Origin: Phaeosaccion multiseriatum
Taxonomy: Eukaryota; Protista; Ochrophyta, other classes
Reading direction: 5' to 3'
Assembly: GCA_965112735.1 (NCBI GenBank)
Contig: OZ218960.1
Location: forward strand, 372,001 to 436,000
Length of the DNA stretch: 64,000 bases
Position 1 is the stretch's first letter, and each line of letters opens with the position of its first letter. This document shows positions 11,420 through 23,116 of this stretch, in pieces. Both the position numbers and the translations under genes were made by a program. The notes below the pieces were generated by a model, which was not told the origin of the DNA, made no database searches, and saw only the letters and a list, made by a program, of their open reading frames with translations.

Positions 11420-12792
11420 CTAAGGAGGAGCGAGCGCCTCTTGGTAGGCTGCGAAACACTCCTTGTGCACCCTCCCTCCTCCACTTCCACCCCCCCCGCT
11501 GCTGTTGCCATCTCCGGCAGCGATGGCCAGATACTCTCCTGAGAAGGTATCGTTCTTGACGCAGGGCCCAGCACAGTGCAGACACTTGTCCGCAACGGAC
11601 GCAGCGAAGGCTTCGTAACACTCAGCGTGGCACTTTCCATGGCCTTGCATCGCAAAGTACTCTCCCGAGAAGATGCGGCGGCTCTTGTCCTTGTCCTTCC
11701 CGGCCCCTCCTCCTGCTCCTCCGCCGCTCCTGCTGCTGGCGACGACTGGCTCTCCGCAGGCACAACAGCGCTCGGCATGCCGCTCGTGATAGGCGTCTCG
11801 GCACTCTGCATGTATCTGGACCTGCACGACCTTCTTCTTGTTGTTGTTGTTGCTCCTCTTCTTGGAAGCCTCTGCCTCCTCCTCCTTTGCCCCTTCAGCC
11901 TCACCCTCCTCCACCTTCTCCCCCTCTTCCTCCTCCTCCTCGTCCTCCTCCTCCTCGCCATTCACAGTGGCCTCCAGGGAAAGAAAGGCGCCGCTGAACC
12001 TTCCCTGCACCACGACGATGGCGAGCCCACACTCTGCGCACTTTGGTACCGCCGCCTGCCACACAAACACATACGCACGCTTTGCATCAGGGCGAGTATG
12101 GGTACACACTGCAAAACACAGGGCCCGTGGGGAAGTGAAGACTGAATGACTGATTGGCAGATGGACAGACACTTTGACAGAAAGACGAACAGACTGCCAG
12201 CGATGTCCTCACCTCCGCAGCTTGGAACGCCTTCCAGCACTCGGTGTGAACCTGCCTCGTGCGCGTTCCTTCGCGAGTGAGCTCTTGAGCCTCGCGGTAC
12301 TCGCCCGAGAAGCTTCCCGGCACAGCGGCGACTGGACCATCGCAATGCAGGCACTTGGGAGCGACTTGAGCCATGTACGCTGCCCAACACTCCTCGTGGA
12401 TCTTCTCTTGGTCCTCCTCCGTTGACGCGCTTGCAGCCCCTCCCTCGAGGGAGGTGGAGTCTACTTTTCGTTTGTGCACACGCGCAAGGGAGGAGGGGGG
12501 GAGGGGAGAACACACAAGAAGAAGAGAGACGTGAGAGGTATGAAGGGGGCAAAAGGTGAGTTGGGGGGAAACGAGAGACATGCACACACACAAACAGTAC
12601 AGAGATAAAATGAGAGAGAGAGAGAGCAATTGAGACAGAGCAGCGCTGCCTCTTTGTACCTCCGTGCTTCTTTGTGAGGAAGAATCGGCCCGAGTGCGTC
12701 TCCTTCTTACTGGGCGCGAGGCCCTTGCCGCAGTGAGCGCACGTATCCGCCTCCCCAGTCTTCTTCCTGAACTTCTTCATAAAGGACGCCAT
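11420..12792 (-). CDS. Protein with five tandem LIM-like single Zn fingers (CxxC...SGx[FY]...HxEC)
   Basis: Exons 12792-12660, 12463-12213, 12055-11420. Fingers: CAHC..HEEC, CLHC..HTEC, CAEC..HAEC, CCAC..HAEC, CLHC..HKEC. Confidence 0.8.
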
Positions 12793-12996
12793 CGCTTAGC
12801 CTTCTCTGATTGTCTCTCATTGTCCCGAGGTAGTATGTCAATGAAACCTAAGTCAACGACGCCTTTAACGGCGTGGCCGGTGAGGCCCAAGGACTCTCTT
12901 TCAAGGGCTTGCTTCTCTTTCCCCCATGTTCCTGAGATCGCTGGAGGCACAGGAGTAGGAGAAGAAGCACCAGCAGATAGAAGGATGCGTGGAAGG

Positions 12997-15900
12997 ATGA
13001 GAGCGTCACCGCAGAAGACGGCAGTGCGTGCGAGGAGAGGGGGGATACGCCCCTCTCGCCTGCCGCTCTCCCTGCTGCTGCTGCTCGTGCTGGGCGGATT
13101 GGTTGGCAGCTCATCCATCAATCTGGACGGTGGAATTTGGGACGTGGAGGAAGACGGTGAGTCTTACGCTTAGCTGACGCTGCTTTCTGTGGAAGATCTT
13201 CCTCCCTCAAACTTCATTCTCTACGCTGCGGCTTCTCTCCGACAGACGCACCAGCAGGAGAGGAAGCTGACACGACAATGGCTGGCAGCGCTCCTGCTGA
13301 ACAAGAAGGTGCCCCGACTTCCACAGCCGGCGCGCGTGAAGCAACATTCTCGACCAAGAAAAGAAGCAGTAGCAGCCGCCAAATAGGCCGAACCAAGTCG
13401 CCCCCCGCTGTGGCGCAGCTGAAGCAGGCCATGCTGGACGTGGTGAACCAACGACACTCTTGCCCGGCAATGGGCGACTTCGATGCTGGACAGGTACACG
13501 TGGACGTGCATTTGGGCAGACTTGGAGCGGGGAGTTTTTTTGGAGGAGAGGGGGCATCTTCTTTTGTGTATGTGAAGGGTGGTCTTCCCTGTATTTCTTT
13601 GTGTCTTCTATGTCTCGGGCTGGAGTCGTGGCCAACCTGTGCTCTTCTGTGCCTACGCCGTCACGAAATGCTCTACCTCGTGGATGCCTTGTGGAGAGCT
13701 CTGTGTGTGAGGAGGAGCAGCAGCACTGGCAGCACCCCCCCCCCTTTGTCTCTCCCTCCATCTCTCTCTCTCTCGCTTGCTCAACAACCAACAATCGAAC
13801 CCACCCAACTTCTGCCTCCTCTCCCGTGTCTCTTCCCGTCCCTTCCCTTCCCTTCCCTTTCCCTTTCCCTTGTCATTTGCAGCTCTCTATGCAAGAGGGG
13901 AGGTTCGACTGTGCCATTGACATATTCGGTGCCCGCCTGCGCAGCCACAGCGGCAGAGGCGCCGAGAGCCCCGAGGCCCGAATGGAACTTGCGGAACACT
14001 TCTACAACTACGGAGTGGCAACCGGCCTCAGCTACGACTCACTGCATGGCATTGACCGCTGGCAGTTGCTAGAGCACGCACGACGGGCCTTCTGGGTGAG
14101 TGGAGGGACGGAGGGGGGGGGGCGGAGGGACTGAGGGAGGGAGGGGGTGAGTGAGGGGGAAGTGTTTGAGTGAGGAGTGAAGAAGGAGTGAGTGAGCTCC
14201 TTAGGATGGTAGTTGAGCCCCTGGGCGAGACTAGGTGTCACTCTCAGTGTACTGTGTTCATACTTTAGACTGTGAGGGAAAAGGCTCCATCTAAATGCTC
14301 ACGTCTCTCACCACCCCTCCCCTCCCCTCCCCTCCCCTCTCCTCCCCTCCCCTTCCCTCCCGCTCTACCCCTTCCCTGTATCACCAACCCCTTCAGGTGT
14401 GCATTGACCTAACCAATGCCCCTGTCCGCACGCCAGAGGGAGGGGTCATTAACCACCCCACAGAGGGAAGGGGGAGGGACATCAATCCGGGTAAGCGATG
14501 CATGGAACCAGCATGCATGGAACCAGCATGCATGGGACCTGCATGCATGGAACCTGCATGCATGGAACCAGCATGCATGGAACCAGCCCCCACCCCCACC
14601 CCCAACCCCAAAGCTTGACCCCCCCTGCCCACCAACCAGTGCCACCAACCAGTGTTCAGTTTCAGTTTCAGCTTTCAGTTTAAGTGAACAAAAGGGGGTC
14701 GTTACCGAAGGTGTGAGCTTACTCCATTGACCCCCAATCCTAACAGTTTCAGCTTTCAGTTTAAGTGAACAAAAGGGGGTCGTTACCGAAGGTGTGAGCT
14801 TACTCCGTTGACCCCCAACCCTAACCCAACGCCCACCCCCTCCCAAACACCCGCACCACCACCAACCGCTTGATGTGGGAATCTCTCTCTCTCTCTGTGT
14901 GTCTCTCTCCCTCCCTCCCCCTCTCTCTCCCTCTCTCTCTCTCCCTCTCTCCCTGTCCCTCCCTCCCCCCCCCCCTCTGTCTCCCTCTCCCTCTCTCCCT
15001 CTCCATCCCTCCCTGCCCCTCCCCCCGCTCCCCCCCCCTCTCTCTCTTTGTCTCCCTCTCCCTCTCCCTCTCTCTACCTTCTCCCTATCCCTCTCACTCC
15101 CCCTTTCTCTTATCTCTCAGAGGTGGAGGAGGTGCTAAGCGTACTCTACGATTCCTGTATCAGGGGTCTTGCAAGGGTCACCTCCCCCCTCTCCCTCACC
15201 TACCTTCCCTGGCGGGCATCCTCAGCGTTTCTGGAATGGGACAGACGGCCCTCTCGACATCTGGAGGATCCTGAGCTCCAACAGTTGGCACAGCCCAGCG
15301 ACGCGGAGGAGGGCAAGGGGAAGGGCAAGGGCAAGGGCAAGGGTAAGGGCAAGCAGCGGGGTGGCGTTGGCGTTTCAGAAACGCCCGAGCAGGAGGCGCA
15401 GCGCACGTTCGAGCAGTTGCAGGTATATGTGTGGCAATGTATCGTACATTGATTAGGGACGGAGGAAAGGGAAGGAAGGATGGAAGGAGGGAAGGAGGGG
15501 ATCAGGGAAGGAGACCATGAGGGAGGTCCTTGCTTGCTTGGGCTTGGGCTTCGTGCAATCGGCAGCAGGGAAGCAGCGCACTCCTGTGTTCACTTCCATC
15601 CCTTACTCCCTCCTCACACTGCACTGCCCTGCCCCTGCCCATCCACTACCATCCCCTCGCACACCCACTTCCATCTTCCTGCGCTCAGTCTGGTCTCCTT
15701 CATGGCCTATTCGGACGTACCGACTCCTCCATCGAGCTGCTGAGTACCTTGTGCAGCCGAGGAGACGAGGAGGCGTGCAGCGGGTGAGTGAGTGGGAAGC
15801 AACCCACCCAACAACAGCAGTTGGTGATACGTCCCAGCGCTCATCTCCCTTTGTCCGAATCCGAGCCATTGCTGTTCTGTTCCCCATTCTCAAACCTCGT

Positions 15901-18900
15901 TCCTATGGTTGATGTCCTCTCCCTCCCTCCCTCCCTCCCTCCCTCCCTCCCTCCCTCCCTCCCTCCCTCCCTCCCTCCCTCCCTCCCTCCCTCCCTCACT
16001 CACTCACTCACTCACTCACTCACTCCCTCACTCACTCTCTCACTCACTCACTCACTCACTCCCTCCCTCACTCTCTCACTCACTCACTCACTCACTCACA
16101 CACTCACGTACTTCCTTTCCTACCCTTGCGCTTGCGCTCTCCTTCCTCGCGCTTTGTCGTCCTCTTTGTTGCGTTCCTTGCCCCCTCCGCCCCCCCTCCT
16201 CCCCCCCTCCTCTCGCTCTCACGCTGTATCACATGCATTCTCTCTCCCCCCCCTCTCTCTCTTCACCCCCCCCCCCTCCCTCTCTCTCTTCTCTCCCCCG
16301 TCCCTCTCCCTCTCCATCTCCATCTCTCTCTCGCACTCTTCTCCCCCCCTCCCTCTGCCCCTCCCTCTCGCCCTGTACCACGTGCATGGGTCTACGCGTG
16401 TATGTATATACATGTAATGTATGCTTTATGTATAGGGTTGGGCTTGTGAAGCAATACGCCCGCGCTACCACAAACCTCATCGAGGATGATGTGTTTGACA
16501 AATTCCTACCCGCGGGGGGGAGGGGAAGAAGACACGGGGCGGGGTTCGAGATCAGCGACGAAGAGGAGGAGGAGGAGGAGGAGGAGGAGGAGGAGGAGGA
16601 GGTGGCCGAGCAGAATGGTGCGAGCAAGACTGAGGAAGGGGAGGAGGAGATATTTGATATGGATGAGGAGCAAGAGAACAGGGAGAATAAGACGAAGGAG
16701 GAGGAGGAGGAGGAGGAGGGTGGAAGCGGGGAGACGGGGGAGGAGAGGAAAAAGGGAGAGGATGGGGAGGAGGAGGAGGAGGAGGAGGCGGAGGAAGTGG
16801 CGCCGCCCCCCACGGTGGGCATCTTCCTCATCTTAGGTGACGAGAGAGTGTTTCTGGCTCAAGTCTACCCACTTCTGTGCCACTCCATGCTGCTGCTGTA
16901 CCGATCCGAGGAGCACAAAGACATTGTCTCGAGGAGTCGAATCCACATACTCGCCAGCTATGTAGACGACCCGGAGAACGCGCAGAGACTGTTCCGAGAG
17001 GGACTGGGGGAAGCCCGGAATGAGCTGTTTGGAGGACTGCACCTTGTTCCAGGCAAGGACAGCCCCTACCGTCCGTGGGACGGCAATTACCTGAGGAAGA
17101 TGTTTGCCATGCACGACATTAGCGAGCGTATGGGCTATACACACGTCATCTCGGTGGACGATGACGTCATTCTATCTCCCTTCGCGCTGTCTTTCATGAT
17201 CGACCACAGCTTTTTGGTGGAGCAACCGGATTCGAAATGGAAGTCGTCGTCGTCTTCCACCACTCCTCAAGGGGGACAAGAAGAGGATGGCAGTGGATGG
17301 GCAGGGGCTCTTGGCGACGACGAGGATGAGGAAGAGGAGGGGGAGCAGAGTTGCGGGGTCCTGACACCGATCCTTTCTACAGGCATCCCCACAACAGAGA
17401 TGTGGATCGAACAATTCCTCAGTGAGGAGGAGGCGGATCAAGTGTTGGCGTGCTTCTCAGACACCCCCGTACCACCAATGTACCACCCTCATGTGGGGGA
17501 CTCCCCTCGCTCCTGGGACGCCGGTCACTTCTACAAAAAGGCTTCTATGGTGAGTGTCTCTGGGGGGAGGGGTGGATGGGTGGGGATGTGTGTGGGGCGT
17601 GGGTGGGTATGGGTGGTTGTGGGGGTGAGTGTGGGTATGTGCGCCTGTGGGTGCGGGTGTATGTGTGTGTCTGTGTGTGTATGTGGGTGTATGTATGTGT
17701 GTATGTGTGTATGTGTGTGTGTGGGGGGGGGGGGTTGGGTATGGGTGGTTGTGGGGGTGAATGTGGGTGTGTGGGCCTGTGGGTGTGTGTGGGTGTGTGA
17801 GCCTGTGGGTGCGGGTGTGTGTGTGTGTGTGTGGGAGGGTGTGTACTTGTGGGTGGTTGCGTTGTCCTCTCTGTGCTGTTCTGTTCCTTCCGCCTCACTC
17901 ACTCACTCACCCACTCACTCACCCACCCACCCACTCACCCACCCACTCATTCCCTCACTTCCTCCCTCCCTCCCTCCCTCACTCACTCACTCACTCACTC
18001 ACCCACTCACTCACCCACCCACCCACTCACCCACTCACTCATTCCCTCACTTCCTCCCTCCCTCCCTCCCTCACTCACTCACTCACTCACTCACTCACTC
18101 ACTCACCCACTCACTCACCCACCCACCCACTCACCCACCCACTCATTCCCTCACTTCCTCCCTCCCTCCCTCACTCACTCACTCACTCACTCACAGGCGC
18201 AGAGCTCGCTACTCGTAGCAAACAGCAACCACCACCCTCGCTACGGCGGGGCCATGCATCCTCTTCTCTGGAACCCCACCTGCGCTCTGCAACTTGGGCA
18301 CCTGAGTGAGGGCAAACTCAAAGCGGAGCTTCTTCGAGAGAAGGACCATGAGATTACAGCAGCCGAGGCCAATGAGTACTACCTCTCCAACAGTGTGTGG
18401 ATGGCGAGTTTGGGCCTGCTGAAGGAGGTGATTTCAAGGCCGGCGTGGTTGGGTGCCTGGAGCCACCCATTCGATGAAGTGTCGCTCAATACGCTTCTAC
18501 GCGAGGAGGACATGCTCATGTGTTTTGTGGACAATGCGTTTGGACTACACCCCTCCTACCATAAGGCGCCGGATGATCAGGTGAGGAGAGGGGAGGGAGG
18601 GATGTACGGGGTTGAGCGGAAAGTCATAGTCTCGTATCTTGTCATCAACCTTTTCCTCTTTTTCTCTCAGCTTCACTCCAATTTGTTTCATCCACACACA
18701 TCAAAGAAAGGAGCCCCAGCAGCAGCAGCAGCAGTAGCAACAACAACAACAAGATGTCCGCCCCTGTCCCTCAACCTATCTCCCCTCCTCCTCTCCTCCT
18801 CCCATCCACTGCCACTACCCCCCAACCCTCGCAGACCCTACTGCGCGTCCTTCACGCCGAAGCGGACGCCCTCCTACTCGATGCCCTCCTTCCCGATCAG

Positions 18901-20133
18901 CAGCGAGGGCACGACCCTAACGAAGACTGGGCCAAGCCGCCTTCGGACAACCCGCTCGCCGCCGCCGGACAACGCATTCACACGGTACATGGCAACTGCG
19001 GCAACGATACCGCAGTGTACATTGGAAGTGGCAACGACGACGACGAGGAGGAGGAGGAGCAGCAGGGGGGAGAGGTGGGGGAGGGAGGCAAGATTCGCAA
19101 GAACGGTGTGGTGGGTGGAGGAGGGAGGGGTCCGCGGCATCGCGTGGCGGTGTTTATCCACGTGGCGCTCATCGAAGGGTGGAGGGACACGGTGGAACTG
19201 TTTCTGGACCGTATCCTCGCGTCGGGTTTGGTGCAGTCGGTGCTCGAGTTATCCATCAGGCTGGTGGTGGTGGGCGACAGTCTCGGAGATGAGTGCGAGG
19301 GATGGAGCAGAGCCTTCCCAGACTCGCACCCTCTCGCCGACCTGCCCACGGTGGCCTTTGTGGTGGAGTGTTTCCCGCTCCTCATGTCGCTACAGGAGCT
19401 GCCGTCTCAGCTGCGGTTGCGCCAATTCGCCGAGCAGCATCGGAACCACCTTGTGCTCTACCTCACCACCCAGGGGGGCCCTCCTCCCCGACAGGGGGGA
19501 TTGGATCAGCTCAACTACCTGTCGTACTTCCTCATTGAAAACTTTTGCATGTGCCTGGCACAGCTCACCGAGCCCTGTCGGTCGGCGGCAGAGTGCACGG
19601 TCGTGTGTGGGGTCGATATTAAAGCCCAGCCTCGCGTGGGTTTGATGCGCAACTCCTGGTGGGCGAGGTCGGAGTTCATCGCCGAGCTTCCCGACCCGGA
19701 GGACTTGGTGGACTTGGTGGCGCATCCCAACGCGTTCCAATCCTGGACCTTTAATCAGGAGTACTGGGTAGGGACACCGAGGCACAGAGGGGCGGTGGAT
19801 GTGTATGCGGAGATTTGGGACTCCACGTCCAGTGGGTGCACGGAGGAGGAGGAGGAGGAGGAAGGGAAGGAGGGTGGAGGGTGGGAAGGGGGCAGCAGCG
19901 GCAACAACAACAATGGAACCACTACCACCAGGCCTCGGAAGACCTGCGCTGCCGCTGGCAGAGAGAGGGGAGTGCCTGACTTCAACCCGAGTGTCTATCG
20001 CAGTGCTGCCGCGGATGGCTGCGGGTGCACCACCCGGCAGGTACCCAAGACCACCAAGAAAGGACCCAACAAGATGCTCAAGCTTCCCGAGGCGGGCGAG
20101 AACTTCGCTGTGAGCAGCTCTCCGTTCTTTTGA
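12997..20133 (+). CDS. Large secretory-pathway protein with two putative glycosyltransferase-like domains
   Basis: Hydrophobic N-terminus LPLSLLLLLVLGGLVG and about 9 GT-AG exons. Domain 1: HVISVDDDVIL (DxD-like) and LTPILSTGIPT. Domain 2: VFIHVALIEGW..ELP..LVLYLTTQG..NSWWARSEFIAELP..QEYWVG. Start may be 12985. Confidence 0.75.
14498..14586. repeat. 15-bp intronic minisatellite (ATGCATGGAACCAGC)n
   Basis: About 6 copies directly after the 5' splice site at about 14491. Confidence 0.9.
14663..14824 (-). repeat. 81-bp tandem duplication with hairpin and (AACTGA)-like tail, intronic
   Basis: Copies 14663-14743 and 14744-14824. GGGGGTC/GACCCCC stem encloses two small hairpins. Confidence 0.85.
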
Positions 20134-20631
20134 GCGGGGCTGTGGGCTGTTACCATTAATAAGTACTTACATACTTGAAGAAGAGTGTTACTTAGGTGTT
20201 CGTTTTGGTGCTTGTTGCATGCTTAATTCGCTGCTCGTACACGTCCTCGAAATGTGTGCAGTGTGCGAGTAGGCTGGGATATGCACCCACCTGCAGCTTC
20301 ACAGTGGGTCTTTCGACATCGCACGTTTATTTGCTGCTGTCCAGAGCACGATGCTGGGAGGGAGGGAGGGAGGGAGGGAAGGGGGAAGAGCAAGAGAGAG
20401 AGAAGAGGGAGGGAGGGAGGGAGGGAGGGAGGGAGGGAGGGGGGGAGGGAGGGAGGGAGGGAGGGAGGGAGGGAGGGAGGGATGGAGGGATGGAGGGAGG
20501 GAGAAATAGGAGAGAAAAAAAGCAAGCGAGAAAGTGAGTGTGTGTGTGTGTGAGAGAGACATGGAAAGAGGGGTGAAAAAGCGTGAAATAGAACACTTAC
20601 TGCCGTAAAGAGTAATCTGATTGATGTGATG

Positions 20632-21300
20632 CCTTACCTTGTGAAGGCGTACAAAACGCAGTCGATGCTGCTCAACTTGTCCCTAAGCACAAAGGGACCC
20701 ACCCCTAGCGACACCAATGTGTCTAGCGCACTCATGTCCTCCCACCCCAGCCAAGCTTTGCCGATCTGCCTTTGTTCGAAGGCCCACCCCGTGGCCGTTA
20801 GCTCGCTTGAACGTCCCGCTACGCCCTCTCCCAATGGCCATCCCAACCATAAAACGCGGCAGCCCCAGCCAGCCCCTCGAGGTAGCTCGGTCCTGTGACT
20901 GCCTTGCACTGCTGCTGGTCAAACCAGCGGTACTCGGAGTTGACTGTCCAGTAGGCTGAATCCTCGATGGTGCGCCGGAGGAGGTGCGAGGTGGCTATCT
21001 GGGCCTTGGTCAGGTGCCCATCAAGCCTCGAGTCCTCAGCCACGCTGCTCTCGAGATGATCAATGATCTACTGCGAGTCTCCAAGCAGTTGGCCGCTGTC
21101 ATTGAGGGCGACGAAGGGGATGAGCCCCTTGGGCTTGGCGGGCCGCTTGGTGCCGTTGACAATCGACGAGTAGACGAAATATGTCACTCCGTGACAACCA
21201 GGTAAGATAGGAGCTTCAAGCAAAAAGGGCTGCAGTCCCCCACGAATGCTCCGTTCCCCTCCAGCGACCGAAAGCCGTAGAAGGTGAGCGTGGAGTCATT
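20632..21300 (-). pseudogene. Metaxin/FAX-like glutathione S-transferase pseudogene
   Basis: Across frames: TFYGF..DCSPFCLKLLSYL / PKGLIPFVALN..LGDSQ*IIDHLE..LDGHLTKAQIATSHLLRRTIEDSAYW..YRW / GHGVG / EDMSALDTL..PFVLRDKLSSIDCVLYAF. One in-frame TAG and about three frameshifts. Confidence 0.8.
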
Positions 21301-21458
21301 GACCGACGTGTAGGGGGGGCTGCAGCGAGATACAAGTCTCTGCCCCCTTTTCTCCTTCTCGACGCTCTAGGATTGGGGATACGCTTTCCGTTACGACAAC
21401 TGTGATTCTGGAATCGCTGCTGAGCGAGAGCGCACAGCAAAAAAACAAAACAAACGCG

Positions 21459-21974
21459 ATGCCGTCCTTTGATAACGCGCCCATGATTATAGAGCTCGGA
21501 GACGACGGGTTCGATATTCCCTCCACCCCAGCCCCCGTAGTAGAGAAGCCGGCAGCTGCAGCAGCAGCAACACCACCAGCAACACCACAAGCAGAGCCAG
21601 CGTTGGAGAGTGTCCAGCAGCACCAGCAGCAGGAGCAGCAGCAGGAGGAGAAGGAGGAGGAGGGTGAGGCTCTCGAAGCTGCAGACGTACCGGCGAAGGG
21701 GTCCTTTGACATCTACGAGTTCAGCAGTAGCAGCGACAAGTCTATCGAGGTTGTCGCGCACCTTCCTCTTGACGAGGCTGTCAGCGATGGCCCCAAGGAA
21801 GAAGTTAACGTGGCCGTCTCGAAGGAAGGGAGGGCCCTGGAGGTTGCTTCCTCTTCACTGTCGCCACCCTTTGAGATACTGCTCCCTGTCGCCATCGTCG
21901 CTGCCTCTGTTCAAGCCTACTACCTGGGAATGGTTTTGACGATTCGAGCTCAAATCGATACCAAGGCTGAATAA
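21459..21974 (+). CDS. Small acidic protein with C-terminal HSP20/alpha-crystallin- or CS-like beta-sandwich
   Basis: Intronless ORF; IEVVAHLP..EVNVAVS..LEV..FEILLPVAI..VQAYY.GMVLTI fits an ACD-like strand pattern. Confidence 0.6.
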   Translation: MPSFDNAPMIIELGDDGFDIPSTPAPVVEKPAAAAAATPPATPQAEPALESVQQHQQQEQQQEEKEEEGEALEAADVPAKGSFDIYEFSSSSDKSIEVVAHLPLDEAVSDGPKEEVNVAVSKEGRALEVASSSLSPPFEILLPVAIVAASVQAYYLGMVLTIRAQIDTKAE

Positions 21975-22876
21975 CGAACAATGGATGCAAAGGGCTTTGG
22001 TGACCTACCAAGCTGTGAGGCAAGGGGGAAGACGACCGAGACGAGGAGGACAGGTTTCATGGGCGGGGGGCATCGCTCAGGCATGAGTCCTCGGTCTCCA
22101 CGCTCCGCTCTCCACATGCTCTCTTCGTGAGCAAGCTTCCGTGGGCGGTAGAAGGGCCTTCCTTCTTTGCCCGTTCTATGGCCTTATGCATGTGCAGGGG
22201 TTTCTCTCAAGACAACGACAGGCAGCAGAGATGCTGTGTTAGAAGGGAGGAGAAAGCAGCAGGGGCTTGGACGATGAGGAGGAGGAGCGCCACCACCGCC
22301 TTCCCTCCCCCCTTCCTAACTACTACTGTATTCGCCCATACGGTATTCAGCGGGGTATGGGGCGAGTGGTGCAAGCTTGGCAGTGGAAGAGTGGCGAGTA
22401 GGGGCCAAGCAAGGCCGGGGCCGAGACTTAGAGAGGACCGAGGACAGAGGAAAGGAGGGAGAAAAATGTATGTATGTATGTACGTGCAGAGGTTTCGCAC
22501 CATTACCCCAGTCTCACGATCGCAGCAAGACCTAACGTCGGCTGGGTCAAAGAGAGATGGGAGTCAACGAGATGGAGTCAAAGAGACACACACGAAGGGC
22601 TCTCCTGCGGCTGCCTGGTGGCTCTGCGCTCAAGCGCAAACTTCAAAACTTCGTGCCCATACTATGGAGCTGCCTTACAGACAAGCCATCATGGTTACCA
22701 CGGATCTTCCTTTCAATCTATATATATATATTACTACTAAGTATATACATCGTGGGGGCCGTACTCCCAAGAGCTATGTCCCCTCCTCCTCCTCCTGGTG
22801 ACCCAGCACGCCGTCGCTAATAATAAGCAATGGCAGAGCAGAGCCTCCCTTGGACCCAAGCAAGCCGCAAGTCCAA

Positions 22877-22990
22877 CTGACCTGACCTGACCTGACCTGA
22901 CCTGACCTGACCTGACCTGACCTGACCTGACCTGACCTGACCTGACCTGACCTGACCTGACCTGACCTGACCTGACCTGACCTGACCTGC
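22877..22990. repeat. (CTGAC)n pentanucleotide microsatellite
   Basis: Perfect run of more than 20 units. Confidence 0.97.
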
Positions 22991-23116
22991 TGGAGGCTCG
23001 TGCGTGAAGCGCTTCAAAATATGTATATGCGCTACGATAGCAGAGGGGAAAAGCATGAGGAGATACTGACTGTCTCACAACCTCCCTCTCTCGGTCATAT
23101 GTTTACACAAAAGTCC

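Noticed and set aside
15909-18218. 769-aa ORF as a single protein
   Set aside because: Its ends are translated (CCCT)n, (CACT)n and (GT)n introns; only about 16436-17549 is exon.
21068-21078. TAG reassignment or readthrough in the GST-like gene
   Set aside because: The same gene has several frameshifts, and TAG is a normal stop in neighbouring genes.
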